Of a DNA stretch of 64,000 nt, positions 1-10,900 are shown in pieces. The number at the start of each line of letters is the position of its first letter. Within the stretch, counting starts at the first letter, position 1. The notes under the pieces are model-generated. The model was not told the origin of the DNA, searched no databases, and saw nothing but the letters and a program-made list of their open reading frames with translations. The DNA is taken from contig DAICYJ010000133.1 in assembly GCA_027311705.1 (NCBI GenBank), positions 2,217-66,216 on the forward strand, read 5' to 3'. The translations under genes and the position numbers were made by a program. Source of the stretch: Novosphingobium sp. (GTDB lineage: Bacteria > Pseudomonadota > Alphaproteobacteria > Sphingomonadales > Sphingomonadaceae).

Positions 1-1749
1 CCGGGCTTCATCGCCAACCGCGTCGGCACGTTCTGGATCCAGGCCGCGCTCAATGCCGCGTTCGATCTGGGGCTGACGGTCGAGGAAGCCGACGCCATTG
101 CCGGCAGGCCGATGGGCGTGCCGAAAACGGGTGTTTTCGGGCTGGTCGATCTGGTGGGTATCGATCTGATGCCGCACTTGCAGAAAAGCCTGACGGGCAC
201 GCTGCCAAAGGATGATCCCTATCAGGCGATTGCCCGCACCGCGCCGCTGATCGAGAAGATGATCGCGGAGGGCTACACCGGCCGCAAGGGGAGGGGCGGG
301 TTCTACCGCATCAACCGCGAGGCCGGAAAACGCAAGGAAACCATGGACTTGGCGACCGGCGAATACCGGCCGACGATCAAGCCCGCGCCGCTGGCAGGCG
401 ATCTTGCCAAGGACCTCGGCGCGCTGATCGCTGCGCCCGGCAAGACCGGTGCCTATGCCTGGGCCATCCTGGGGCCGACCTTGTCCTATGCCGCGTCGCT
501 GGTGCCCGATGCGGCGGCGGATGTGCTGGCGGTCGATACGGCGATGAAGCTGGGCTATAACTGGACCTTCGGACCGTTCGAACTGATCGACCGGATCGGC
601 GCGGCTACCTTTGTCACGCGTTTGAAAGACGAGGGTAATCCCGTGCCGCCGATCTTCGACGTGGTCGGCGATCGCACGTTCTATCGCATCGAAAACGGCG
701 TTCGGCAGGTCCTCGACCTGAACGGCACCTATCGTGACGTGAGGCGCCCGGAAGGCGTTCTGCTGCTGGCCGATATCAAGCTGGCGGGCAAGCCGCTGCT
801 CAAGACCGCATCGGCCGCATTGTGGGATGTTGGAGACGGCGTTGCCGCCATCGAATTCACCGGCAAGATGAACGCGCTCGATGGCGAGGTGATGAAACTG
901 ATCGAGCAGGCGATCCCGCTCGTCGCCGAAAAGTTCAAGGCGCTGGTCGTCTACAACGAAGGCAGCAATTTCTCCGCCGGGGCCAATCTGGGCCTCGCCA
1001 TGTTCGCGGTGAACATCGCGGCCTGGAGCGAGATCGAAAAGCTCGTGAAGGGTGGGCAGGATGCCTACAAGGCGCTGAAGTATGCGCCGTTCCCGGTGGT
1101 TTCCGCGCCGTTCGGCACGGCGCTGGGCGGCGGGTGCGAGATCCTGCTGAACAGCGATGCGGTGCAGGCCCATGCCGAAAGCTATATCGGACTGGTCGAA
1201 TGCGGCGTGGGGCTGGTGCCGGGCTGGGGCGGGTGCGGCGAGATGCTCGACCGCGCGCGCAGCAATCCGATGATGCCCAAGGGGCCGATGCCGGCAGTGG
1301 TGAAGGTGTTCGAGACTGTTTCGACCGCGACCGTTTCCAAATCGGCGGCGGAGGCCAAGGAGATCGGCTTTCTGCGCGCGACGGACGGGATTACGATGAA
1401 CCGTGACCGTTTGCTGGCCGATGCCAAAGCGCGGGCGCTGGCGCTGGTCGAGGGGTATCAGCCGCCCAAGCCGCCGGAGTTCCGCCTGCCCGGCGCATCG
1501 GGACGTGCCGCGCTGTCCATGGCGGTCGAGGGCTTTCAGGCGCGCGGCATGGCCACCCCCTATGACGGGGTGGTTTCCGCCGAACTGGCCAATGTGCTGA
1601 CGGGCGGTGAGGCCGATGTGGTCGATGTCGTGACCGAGGCCGACCTGCTTGCGCTGGAACGCAAGGCCTTCATGAAACTGGTCCGCGATCCGCGCACGCA
1701 GGCGCGGGTCGAACATATTCTCGAAACCGGCAAGCCGCTGCGCAACTGA
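1..1749 (+). CDS. 3-hydroxyacyl-CoA dehydrogenase / enoyl-CoA hydratase fusion (FadN-like), 5' end outside the window
   Basis: Frame is open from base 1 (PGFIANRVG, a 3HCDH motif); GRKGRGGFY; crotonase motifs NFSAGANL and ALGGGCE. Confidence 0.9.
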   Translation, partial: PGFIANRVGTFWIQAALNAAFDLGLTVEEADAIAGRPMGVPKTGVFGLVDLVGIDLMPHLQKSLTGTLPKDDPYQAIARTAPLIEKMIAEGYTGRKGRGGFYRINREAGKRKETMDLATGEYRPTIKPAPLAGDLAKDLGALIAAPGKTGAYAWAILGPTLSYAASLVPDAAADVLAVDTAMKLGYNWTFGPFELIDRIGAATFVTRLKDEGNPVPPIFDVVGDRTFYRIENGVRQVLDLNGTYRDVRRPEGVLLLADIKLAGKPLLKTASAALWDVGDGVAAIEFTGKMNALDGEVMKLIEQAIPLVAEKFKALVVYNEGSNFSAGANLGLAMFAVNIAAWSEIEKLVKGGQDAYKALKYAPFPVVSAPFGTALGGGCEILLNSDAVQAHAESYIGLVECGVGLVPGWGGCGEMLDRARSNPMMPKGPMPAVVKVFETVSTATVSKSAAEAKEIGFLRATDGITMNRDRLLADAKARALALVEGYQPPKPPEFRLPGASGRAALSMAVEGFQARGMATPYDGVVSAELANVLTGGEADVVDVVTEADLLALERKAFMKLVRDPRTQARVEHILETGKPLRN

Positions 1750-1760
1750 GAGTTTGAGCC

Positions 1761-3551
1761 ATGCAAGTCTATCAAGCCCCCTTGCGCGACATGCGCTTTG
1801 TTCTCGACGAGTTGCACAGCGACGATGGCTTCGGCGATCTTCCCGCGCTTTCCGAATTCACGCCCGAACTGACCACCGCCGTGATGGAGGAAGCCGCGCG
1901 CTTCGCCCAGGAGGTGCTGGCCCCGCTCAACCGGTCTGGCGACGAGCAAGGTTGCGTCCACGAAAACGGCGTGGTCCGCACCCCGGAAGGGTTCAAGGAT
2001 GCCTATCGCCAGTTTGCGGCAGGCGGCTGGACCGGGCTTGCCTCCGATCCCGCATGGGGCGGGCAGGGCCTGCCTGAAACCGTGAACAAGCTGGTCGAGG
2101 AGATGACCTGTTCGGCCAACCTGTCGTTCGGGCTCTATCCCGGCCTGTCGCACGGCGCGGCGACGGCGCTGGAAAGCCACGGCAGCGAGGATCTGAAGCG
2201 GCGCTATATGCCCAAGCTGGTGAGCGGCGAATGGTCGGGCACGATGTGCCTGACTGAGGCGCATTGCGGCACAGATATTGGCCTGCTGCGCACCCGCGCG
2301 GTGCCGCAGGCGGATGGCAGCTACAAGGTGACCGGATCGAAGATCTTCATTTCGGCGGGCGAGCATGACCTGACGCAGAACATCATCCATCTGGTGCTGG
2401 CGCGCATGCCCGATGCCGCGCCGGGCATTCGCGGCATCAGCCTGTTTCTGGTGCCCAAGTTCCTGCCGAACGAAGACGGCTCGCTTGGGCCATCCAACGG
2501 CGTTTCGTGCGGGGCGATCGAGCACAAGATGGGGCTGAAGGCCTCCGCCACATGCCAGATGAATTTCGACGAGGCCACCGGCTGGCTGATCGGCGAGGCG
2601 GGCAAGGGCATGGCAGCGATGTTCACGATGATGAACACCGAGCGTGTTTCGGTGGGCATTCAGGGCCTTGGAGTGGGCGAGGCGGCCTATCAGGCGGCGG
2701 TGTGGTATGCCAAGGACCGGCTGCAGGGCCGCTCGCTTTCAGGAACGAAGAACCCCGGCGGGCCTGCCGATCCGATCATCGTGCACCCCGATGTGCGCCG
2801 CATGTTGATGACGATGCGCGCCTTTAACGAAGGGTGCCGCGCGCTTTCGGGCTGGGTCTCGCGCGCGCTCGATGCCGAAAAGCATTCGACCGATCCCGAA
2901 GTGCAGCAGCGCGCCGCCGATTTCGTCGCGTTGATGACGCCGGTGGTGAAGGCGCTGTTCACCGATCTGGGCCACGAGAGCGCGCAACTGGCGATCCAGG
3001 TCTATGGCGGGCACGGCTACATCCGCGAAAGCGGGGTGGAGCAATATGCCCGCGATGCCCGCATCGCGATGATCTATGAAGGCACCAACGGCATTCAGGC
3101 GCTCGATCTGGTGGGGCGCAAGCTGGGAGCCAACACCGGACGCCTCCTGCGCAGCTTTTTCCACCCGGTTGCCAAGTTCATCGAGGAATCCGGCGGCGAA
3201 GGGCCGATGAAGCCGATGATCGACGCGCTGGGCAAGGCCTTCGGCGCGCTGCAGCTTTCGACCGCGACGATCGCGCAGCGCGGCATGGCAGACCCCGAAG
3301 AAGCGGGCGCGGCGGCGAGCGATTACCTGCGCCTGCTGGGGCTGGTGGCGATGGGATACTGCTTCGCCCGCGCCACCCGGATTGCCGGGCTGCAGCTGAT
3401 GTTCGGCAAGGAGGATAAGGCGTTCTACGATGCCAAGATCAAGACCGCGACCTTCTACTTCGAACGCATCCTGCCCGATGCGACGGCGCGTTTTCTGGCG
3501 ATCAAGGCCGGGAAGAAGTCGATGATGGCGCTGGACGCGGAGGCATTCTGA
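1761..3551 (+). CDS. acyl-CoA dehydrogenase
   Basis: GTMCLTE, GSKIFIS, EHKMG, GGHGYI and IYEGTNGIQALDL motifs. Confidence 0.95.
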   Translation: MQVYQAPLRDMRFVLDELHSDDGFGDLPALSEFTPELTTAVMEEAARFAQEVLAPLNRSGDEQGCVHENGVVRTPEGFKDAYRQFAAGGWTGLASDPAWGGQGLPETVNKLVEEMTCSANLSFGLYPGLSHGAATALESHGSEDLKRRYMPKLVSGEWSGTMCLTEAHCGTDIGLLRTRAVPQADGSYKVTGSKIFISAGEHDLTQNIIHLVLARMPDAAPGIRGISLFLVPKFLPNEDGSLGPSNGVSCGAIEHKMGLKASATCQMNFDEATGWLIGEAGKGMAAMFTMMNTERVSVGIQGLGVGEAAYQAAVWYAKDRLQGRSLSGTKNPGGPADPIIVHPDVRRMLMTMRAFNEGCRALSGWVSRALDAEKHSTDPEVQQRAADFVALMTPVVKALFTDLGHESAQLAIQVYGGHGYIRESGVEQYARDARIAMIYEGTNGIQALDLVGRKLGANTGRLLRSFFHPVAKFIEESGGEGPMKPMIDALGKAFGALQLSTATIAQRGMADPEEAGAAASDYLRLLGLVAMGYCFARATRIAGLQLMFGKEDKAFYDAKIKTATFYFERILPDATARFLAIKAGKKSMMALDAEAF

Positions 3552-3579
3552 GGCGGGTTGCCGGGGATTGCGGACATAG

Positions 3580-3704
3580 CCCTCTCCCCTTCAGGGGAGA
3601 GGGTTGGGAGAGGGGCAAGCGCGTTTCAGCCGGCCCTTCCCCTCTCAACTCCGGCTAGCCACTTCGTGCCAAGCCTGCGTATCTCTCCCCTGAAGGGGAG
3701 AGAG
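3580..3704. repeat. REP-like palindromic element: two inverted copies of a CTCTCCCC-N4-GGGGAGAG hairpin
   Basis: CCCTCTCCCCTTCAGGGGAGAGGG (3580-3603) and its near reverse complement TCTCTCCCCTGAAGGGGAGAGA (3682-3703). Confidence 0.8.
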
Positions 3705-3768
3705 CAAATCTCCGAAATCCTGTTACATCCTCGGCGTCGGCTTGTGGTGGGAAGCCGTCATTGCCCCT

Positions 3769-4242
3769 TTAGATCCTGAGGTGGACTGGCAAACTTTGAA
3801 GGATGTTAAGAAGCTCTCGGTTTCGAACGCTGTTACGTTCGAAGTCGCACTCAAAGTCGGCGAAGTAGTGGCGGTTGTAATTTGGTCCTTGCCAGTGGAT
3901 CCAGAACCCTCCGGCATCCGTGACCGTTGGGACGCCCTTTGGACAAGTTCTCTCGAAAATTCTTTTGACGCTTTTGAAGTTGAACGGCTCAGCCTCCCGC
4001 TGGAATCGCTCCAAACGCTTCAGCAAGGCTGCGAACTGCGGCTTAGTTAGGAGGAAGGTGCCTGTTTGCCCATTAGGAAAATCACTCAACTTATAGCGGC
4101 CTTCACCTTGGCTATTGACTTCAACATCCAATGAACTCTCACCAGATTTGCGCATCTCGATGTGCTCCACTGCGGGAAGCGGTGCAGCGACCGTGCAGCT
4201 AAGTGTGAAGAGGACTATGGTTGGTGTAAATTGAAACCTCAT
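3769..4242 (-). CDS. hypothetical exported protein, low GC
   Basis: 157-aa ORF with a hydrophobic N-terminus ending LSC; GC visibly lower than the flanks. Confidence 0.65.
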   Translation of the reverse strand: MRFQFTPTIVLFTLSCTVAAPLPAVEHIEMRKSGESSLDVEVNSQGEGRYKLSDFPNGQTGTFLLTKPQFAALLKRLERFQREAEPFNFKSVKRIFERTCPKGVPTVTDAGGFWIHWQGPNYNRHYFADFECDFERNSVRNRELLNILQSLPVHLRI

Positions 4243-4356
4243 AACCGCAGGATCTCAGATAGTACCAACGTCCGCAACGTCGTTGTGACCGGAGCAGCGA
4301 CCTTTGACTGGACTTGGTGGGAAGCGGACGTCAACAAGCTATGCTATTCCTCGACC

Positions 4357-4704
4357 ATGATGACAGACACTGAAATCGCCAATGGGTGGATCGCTGAAAT
4401 TTCGGCCAACAACGGCGTTGTTGATCCGGACCGCTGCATTGATGTGGCTATGGTGCTCGACGACGTCATCTACTCGAACCCAGAGCGGGCTTGGGCGATC
4501 ATTACGATGATGTCGCAGACCACGATGTCGCAATGGGCCTTAGAAAATTACAGCGCGGGCCCACTGACCACCTTTGTCTCGCAGCATGGGAAACAGTTCG
4601 CTGAGCGGATTAGGTCCTATTGTCGCTTGCATTCTGAATTCCGCTACCACCTTCTTGGCGTGGTTTTTCAGGACGATGTCTCAGCGATACTCGACGGAGG
4701 ATAA
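4357..4704 (+). CDS. small hypothetical protein (DUF6869-like), low GC
   Basis: PERAWAII...AGPL...HG..F.ERI...FR..L.GV pattern recalled for this family; ATG at 4357. Confidence 0.6.
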   Translation: MMTDTEIANGWIAEISANNGVVDPDRCIDVAMVLDDVIYSNPERAWAIITMMSQTTMSQWALENYSAGPLTTFVSQHGKQFAERIRSYCRLHSEFRYHLLGVVFQDDVSAILDGG

Positions 4705-4839
4705 GCGAACGTCCACAACTGGGCGCAAACGGTAATGCGAATTTGTCCACGTGCCCTCGAATTCGCTCGGGATGAACGGGTAGTGTGATCCATACCGCTC
4801 CGAACGCTGTGCCGCCTGAACCGGCGAAGCGCCGGTCCG

Positions 4840-5178
4840 TCAGCGCTTTTTCTTGGCCGTGGTGGCGGTGAAATCGGGTTCCTTGTTCGCCACCCAATCG
4901 ACGAACTTGCGCACGGTGGGATTGGCCAGCAGGCCTTCAACGTCCATCCCATAGCGTTGCAGTTCGGAATTGGTGAAATTGGCGATCAGGGTCTGCTGGC
5001 AGATGGGGTGCATGGGCACCACATCGCGCCCGCCCCGGCTTTTGGGCACGGGGTGGTGCCACACGATGGTCTTGCCGGTGGGGCGGCTGCACAGCCAGCA
5101 GGAGACGGCGACCGCCGGGGCCTCGTCATCGTTGTCGATATCGTCGACCGGACCGTGTTTGGAATGTTTGCGCGCCAT
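4840..5178 (-). CDS. small HNH endonuclease-like protein
   Basis: CxxC...HHPVPKSRGG...HPIC signature. Confidence 0.8.
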   Translation of the reverse strand: MARKHSKHGPVDDIDNDDEAPAVAVSCWLCSRPTGKTIVWHHPVPKSRGGRDVVPMHPICQQTLIANFTNSELQRYGMDVEGLLANPTVRKFVDWVANKEPDFTATTAKKKR

Positions 5179-5267
5179 GACTCTGCCTGATGTCCCGTGC
5201 TTTGGGGGATGCGTCTAGACGGAAGCAGGCGGCGTGGCCAGACCGGTGCGGGATGGGGCGAGGGGGC

Positions 5268-6203
5268 CTATTTCCCCGGCTTGGCCAAGGCGGCCTTCGG
5301 CCACCATGTCAGCGTGTGCTTGTCGTGTGCGGAGGTCCACAGGCCGGATCTGGTATAGCGCAGTGCGCCGCTGCCCACGGCGCTGCCGAACCGGCCCTCG
5401 ATCGCCAGCGATTGCGGATTGATCACGACGAATTCCTGATCATCGGTGGTGCGCAGCCACACTTTGCCGGCGCCGGTATCGATGTCGCCCCACTTCAGGT
5501 TGTCGCCCACTTTCACGCGTCCGGTGACTGCGCGCGAAACTGGGTCGATGCGCGCGACCGTGCCATCGCCTTGTTCCTGCACCCACACCGCGCCTTCGCC
5601 GGCAGCGAGGAAGCCGGGTTGGGTGCCCAGCGGTGTCTTGCTCGCCACGGCATTCATCGCCGGGTCGATGCGTTGCAGCGATTGCTGCTTCGCGCTGACG
5701 GCCCAGACCGAACCGAAACCGAACGCGAGATACCATGTGCCCGGATCAACCGGCACCGATGCGATCACGCGGTTGCTGGCGGGATCGACCCGCGCGACCA
5801 CGCCCTTGTCGTCGCTCGCAACCCAGATCGATCCGTCCCCCGCGACGACATTCAATTCGCCGTCCGGATTGGCTATGCCGGTGGGGATGGTGGCGATGAT
5901 CTTTGCGGTGCGGATATCGATGCGGTTGAGCGTGCCGTCCTTGCAATCGGCGACCCACAGCGCGCCGTGGGCAATGGTCATCGCACCGCAGGGATGGGCC
6001 ATCGGCACTTCGGCCAGCTTGCCCTTGCGCGACCAGTGTTCGACGCGGCCCTTGTTGGTGGCCCACACCGTTTTGCCATCGATGGCGAGGAAATCGGCAA
6101 AGCCGGGGACGGGGATGACCTGCGCGCCTTTGGCCTGCGCGGCATAGGGGAGGAGCGCGCATGTGGCGACGGCGGCGGCGAGCAAAATCCGTAGGTTTTT
6201 CAT
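5268..6203 (-). CDS. secreted beta-propeller protein (Vgb/YncE-like)
   Basis: Signal peptide (AQA); repeated G-x-VWV...RID blades. Confidence 0.8.
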   Translation of the reverse strand: MKNLRILLAAAVATCALLPYAAQAKGAQVIPVPGFADFLAIDGKTVWATNKGRVEHWSRKGKLAEVPMAHPCGAMTIAHGALWVADCKDGTLNRIDIRTAKIIATIPTGIANPDGELNVVAGDGSIWVASDDKGVVARVDPASNRVIASVPVDPGTWYLAFGFGSVWAVSAKQQSLQRIDPAMNAVASKTPLGTQPGFLAAGEGAVWVQEQGDGTVARIDPVSRAVTGRVKVGDNLKWGDIDTGAGKVWLRTTDDQEFVVINPQSLAIEGRFGSAVGSGALRYTRSGLWTSAHDKHTLTWWPKAALAKPGK

Positions 6204-6228
6204 GCTGTTCCCCTGTGCAGGTCGGTGT

Positions 6229-7992
6229 CTAGCCGCGCTGGGCGATGAAGGCGCGCCAGCCGCCGAGCGCGGTGATATCCTGCGCGCCCGCCAGTGCGCG
6301 CGGTTCGGCGACGAAGCCTTTCACGCTGGTGCCATCCGAAAGCGTGACCGTGCCGATGGCCAGCGGCGGCGGCACATCGACGACGAAGCTGCCGAATTCG
6401 GCGACGCCCAGTTCATAGACTTCGAGCGCGATGGCGGCGCCGGTCTCGTCATAAATTAGCGCGGGCTTGGGCGGCACGCTGTCTGCCATGGCGTAGAGCT
6501 TGTAGGTGGGCGCGGTTTCGAAGGCGCCGACGAAGGTCGCGTTGCGCGAGGTCAGCTGCCAGTGCAGCGGCATGTCCTTCAGATGCGCGCCGACGACGGC
6601 GAGTTTCACGGTCTGCATTTTGCCCTCCAGATCGAGCGGGGGCGGGGGCGGAAGGTCCGCCACCGCGAGATAGGCGTCTGCCACATCGAGCAGCGCGCGG
6701 TCGCTGTCGGCAGGGCCGATCAGGGTGATGCCGAAGCCGGTGGCATTGGCGCGCTGCCCGGCGGGCACGCCAAGCGCCGCCATATCGAGCAGGTTCACGA
6801 AGTTGGTGTAGAACCCCAGGTTGCTGTTGAGCGCCACCGGGGCGGCGAGCAGTTCGGCGACGCGGTAGGTCGTGCCGGTGGTGGGGAAGGCGAGCAGGTC
6901 GAGCGAGGCCCACAGCGTATCAGCATGGCGCTTGATTTCGGCGAGGCGGTAGATGCCGTTGAACACGTCGACGCCGCTTTTGGCCCAGCCCTGTTCCACC
7001 ACGGTGCGTACCGTGGGGTCCACCGCATCGGGGTTGTCGGTTAGGATGGCAGACATCGCGGCCGTGCGTTCGGCCACCCATGGGCCGCCATAAAGCAGCT
7101 GCGCCGCCTCTTGCAGCGGGGCGATGTCGATCTCCACGATATCGGCCAGACCGGCAAGCATTTCCAGCGCGCGGTCATATAGGTATTCGGACTCCGCATC
7201 GCCGAACCACACGCGCTGGTCGCGGCGCGGCACGCCGATGGTCTTGCGGGCGATGGGGCGGTCGGCGAGTTCCTTTGACCACGGATCGGCGGGATCGAAA
7301 GCTGCCGCCACCTGATCGACGAGCCGGGCATCGGCCGTATCGTCGGTGAACACGGTGATGCAATCGAGCGTGCGGCAGGCGGGCACGAGGCCGCTTGTGC
7401 TCCACCGGCCCTTGGTGGGCTTGAAGCCGATCAGGTGGTTGAACGCGGCGGGAACGCGGCCCGATCCGGCGGTGTCCGTTCCCAGCGCGAAGGGCACCAG
7501 CCCGGCGGCGACGGCGATGGACGAACCGGAACTCGATCCGCCGCTGACGTAGGCGAGATTGCTGGCGTTGCGCGGAATGCCATAGGGGCTGCGCGTGCCG
7601 ACAAGGCCGGTGGCGAACTGATCCAGGTTGGTCTTGCCGACGCAGATCGCGCCTGCCGCCAGCAGTCGCTCGACCACGGTGGAGGACGTTTCGGGCGTGT
7701 AGGCGAAGACGGGGCAGGCGGCGGTCGTCTGGAACCCGGCGACGTCGATATTGTCCTTGGCGGCAAAGGGAACGCCGGCCATCGGCAGGACTTCGCCGAC
7801 CGCAACGCGCGCATCGATGGCGGTGGCGGCGGCCAGCAGGGTTTCGGGCGAGGCGCGGCTGATCCAGATTTGCGGCTGGACGGCATCATAGGCGGCGATG
7901 CGGGCCAGTGTTTCCTGCATCGCTGCGACGGCGCTGGTCCGCCTTGCGTTCACGGCGGCGGCCATGGCGGTGGCGCTCAGGCGCGCGGTCAT
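6229..7992 (-). CDS. atzF: allophanate hydrolase
   Basis: Amidase signature (KDNID, GKTNLDQFATGLVGTRSPYG, GGSSSGS, GTDTAGSGRVP) plus C-terminal AVVGAH domain; ATGA overlap with uca. Confidence 0.95.
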   Translation of the reverse strand: MTARLSATAMAAAVNARRTSAVAAMQETLARIAAYDAVQPQIWISRASPETLLAAATAIDARVAVGEVLPMAGVPFAAKDNIDVAGFQTTAACPVFAYTPETSSTVVERLLAAGAICVGKTNLDQFATGLVGTRSPYGIPRNASNLAYVSGGSSSGSSIAVAAGLVPFALGTDTAGSGRVPAAFNHLIGFKPTKGRWSTSGLVPACRTLDCITVFTDDTADARLVDQVAAAFDPADPWSKELADRPIARKTIGVPRRDQRVWFGDAESEYLYDRALEMLAGLADIVEIDIAPLQEAAQLLYGGPWVAERTAAMSAILTDNPDAVDPTVRTVVEQGWAKSGVDVFNGIYRLAEIKRHADTLWASLDLLAFPTTGTTYRVAELLAAPVALNSNLGFYTNFVNLLDMAALGVPAGQRANATGFGITLIGPADSDRALLDVADAYLAVADLPPPPPLDLEGKMQTVKLAVVGAHLKDMPLHWQLTSRNATFVGAFETAPTYKLYAMADSVPPKPALIYDETGAAIALEVYELGVAEFGSFVVDVPPPLAIGTVTLSDGTSVKGFVAEPRALAGAQDITALGGWRAFIAQRG

Positions 7993-10900
7993 GCGTGCCT
8001 CCGCAGCGCGAGCATCGGCGCGCCGGGTTGCAGCGACTGCTTTTCTTTCATGTAAAGCGCGGCGATGGTCCCGGTGCCGGGGCTGTGCACGGCGCATTCC
8101 ATCTTCATGGCTTCCAGCACGGCGATGGTATCTCCTGCCTGAACCTCGTCGCCCGCGGCCACGAGCAGTTTCCACACGCTGCCTCCGAACGGCGCTTCGA
8201 CAAGGTCGGAGCCTTCGGGCACCAGCACCGATCCGGCGGGCGGGGCATCGGCTTCGGCAAGGTCGGTCACGCGGTCGAATTCGCCGCGCCGCTGCCATTC
8301 GGCGCGCTCCTCGTCGAACGCTGCCTTGCGCCGTTCCTCGAAGGCGGTGATGCTTTCGGCATTATCGGCGAGATAGGCGCGATAATCGGCGAGGCGGAAT
8401 TCCGATGGCTCGATTGTGATGGAGCGGCGGCCAGAGGGGAAATCGCGCCGCCATTCGGTGAGTTCATCCGCGCTGACCGGATGAAAGCGAATCTGGTCGA
8501 AAAAGCGCAGCAGCCACGGCTTGCCTTCGATGAAGGCGTCGGTCTGGCGGTGGGTGTTCCACACCTGGATGGTGCGGCCGAACAGCTGGTATCCCCCGGG
8601 GCCTTCCATGCCATAGATGCACATATAGGCACCGCCGATGCCGACCACGTTGGGCGGGGTCCAGGTGCGGGCCGGATTGTACTTGGTGGTGACCAGCCGG
8701 TGGCGGGGATCAACCGGCGTGGCGACGGGCGCGCCCAGATAAACGTCGCCGAGGCCCATGACGAGGTAGTTGGCCTCGAAGATCAGGTTCTCCACCGCCG
8801 CCACATCGGGGAAACCATTGATGCGGCGGATAAATTCGATGTTGTCAGGGCACCACGGCGCATCGTCGCGCACGGCGCTCATGTATTTTTCGATCGTCTC
8901 GATCGTGGCGGGATCGCGCCAGCTGAGCGGAAGGTGGACGATGCGCGACGGGATGGTGAAATCGGCAAGGTCGCCCAGCCGTTGTTCTGCATCGATCAGG
9001 TTCGCGAGTGCGGTGGCCTGATCGAGTTGGGCGCCGTCGAAGTGCAGTTGCAGCGAGCGGATGCCGGGAACGATATCGATCACGCCGGGCAGGGCCAGCC
9101 GCTCCAGCTCGGTCATCAGCGCGTGAACGCGGATGCGCAGCTCGATATCGAGCACGATCTGGCCGTACTCGACGAGGATATTGCGGTCGCCCTGCTGGCG
9201 ATAGATCGTGCGCGGGCGGCCACCGGCTTCGGGCAGTTCCGCAAGGATCGGCGACAGCGCGGCGATGGGTGTTGTGGACATGATGCTGCACGGTGCGCCC
9301 GTTTCCAGCAGGCTATGCTGCGCAGCATCGGCCAAAGCTGCGTCGGCAATTGTGACCGGCACGAACCGCAACCGGTCGCCCGGAACCAGCTGTCCGAGTT
9401 TCCAGCGATCCGCCGCTATGACCACGAAAGGACAGACGAAACCGCCCAGCGAAGGACCGTCCGGGCCGAGGATGATCGGCATGTCACCGGTGAAATCGAC
9501 CGCGCCGACGGCATAGGGATTATCGTGGATGTTCGACGGGTGCAGTCCCGCTTCGCCACCATCGGTACGCGCCCAATGCGGTTTCGGGCCGGTCAGGCGC
9601 ACGCCGGTGCGGTTGCTGTTGTAGTGGACCTGCCAATCGGCGCTGACGATCATGTCGATATCTTCGGGTGTGAAGAAATCGGGCGCGCCGTGCGGGCCGT
9701 ACATTACGCGCACGGTCCAATCGTTCGGTAGGTCCGGCAGGGTCGTGGCTGCGAGCGCGGGGCCGGTGGGCACGTCGCCGAGATGGAGGACGTCCCCCGC
9801 CACCAGCCGCCGCGCGGCGTGGCCGCCGAACTGGCCAAGCTCGAACGTGGCGCGGCTGCCGAGATAAGGCGCAATGTCGAACCCGCCCGCGAACAGGATG
9901 TACCCGCGCATACCGCCGCCCGATGTGCGGGCAAGCGACAGCGTCTGTCCGGCAGTCACTTCCACCGCTACGCCGCGAGCCACCGGCACGTCGTCCAGCG
10001 TCGCGCCGAAATCCGGGCCCGTCAGGCAGATGCGCGCGGGTGCGGTGAAGGACAGCGTCGGGCCGGTGTGGGTCACTTCGAGGCCCGCCGTGCCCTCTGC
10101 ATTGCCGAGCAGCCGGTTGCCGAGCCGGAACGACTGGTCGTCCATCGGCCCCGATGGCGGCACGCCGATGGCCCACAGCTTTTGCCGGCCCGGCCAATCC
10201 TGCACCGTCGTCGCCGTGCCGCCGCTGACCACGCGGACGCTGCGGGGCGTGTAGGCGATGTCGTCCAGCACGCGGGTCGAAACCTCGCCGGTCACGAAGG
10301 CGGGCGTGCGCACCACGTTGCGCAACCAGCGCAGGTTCGTTTCGAGTCCGTCGACGCGCGTCTGGTCGAGGGCCACCTGCATGGCGATGACCGCTTCGGC
10401 GCGGGTGGGTGCGTGGACGATCAGCTTGGCGAGCATGGGGTCGTACCATGCGCTGACCGTGCTGCCCGACATCACCCACGTTTCGGTGCGGATATCGGCT
10501 GGAAATTCGACGGCGGTGAGCGTGCCGGAAGTGGGGCGATAATCGAGTGCGGGGTCTTCGGCATAGAGCCGCACCTGCACCGAATGGCCGGTGGGGCGGG
10601 GCGGTGCCGCATCGAGGAAAGCGAAATCCCCCGCAGCGCCCCGCACCATCCATTCGACGAGGTCGATGCCCATGACCGCCTCGGTCACGCCGTGCTCCAC
10701 TTGCAGGCGGGTGTTCATTTCCAGGAAGAAAAAGCTCTCGCGCTCGGCATCGTAAAGGAATTCGACTGTGCCGGCGGAGCGATAGCGCGCGGCCTGGCCC
10801 AGCCGCACGGCGGCGGCAGAAAGATCGCGGCGCACGGAATCGGGCAGCAAGGGGGCGGGGGCCTCCTCCACCACTTTCTGGTTGCGCCGTTGCAGCGAGC

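Noticed and set aside
3742-4050. Plus-strand 102-aa ORF in the low-GC islet
   Set aside because: Overlaps the better-supported minus-strand ORF with a signal peptide, and its start lies inside a repeat.
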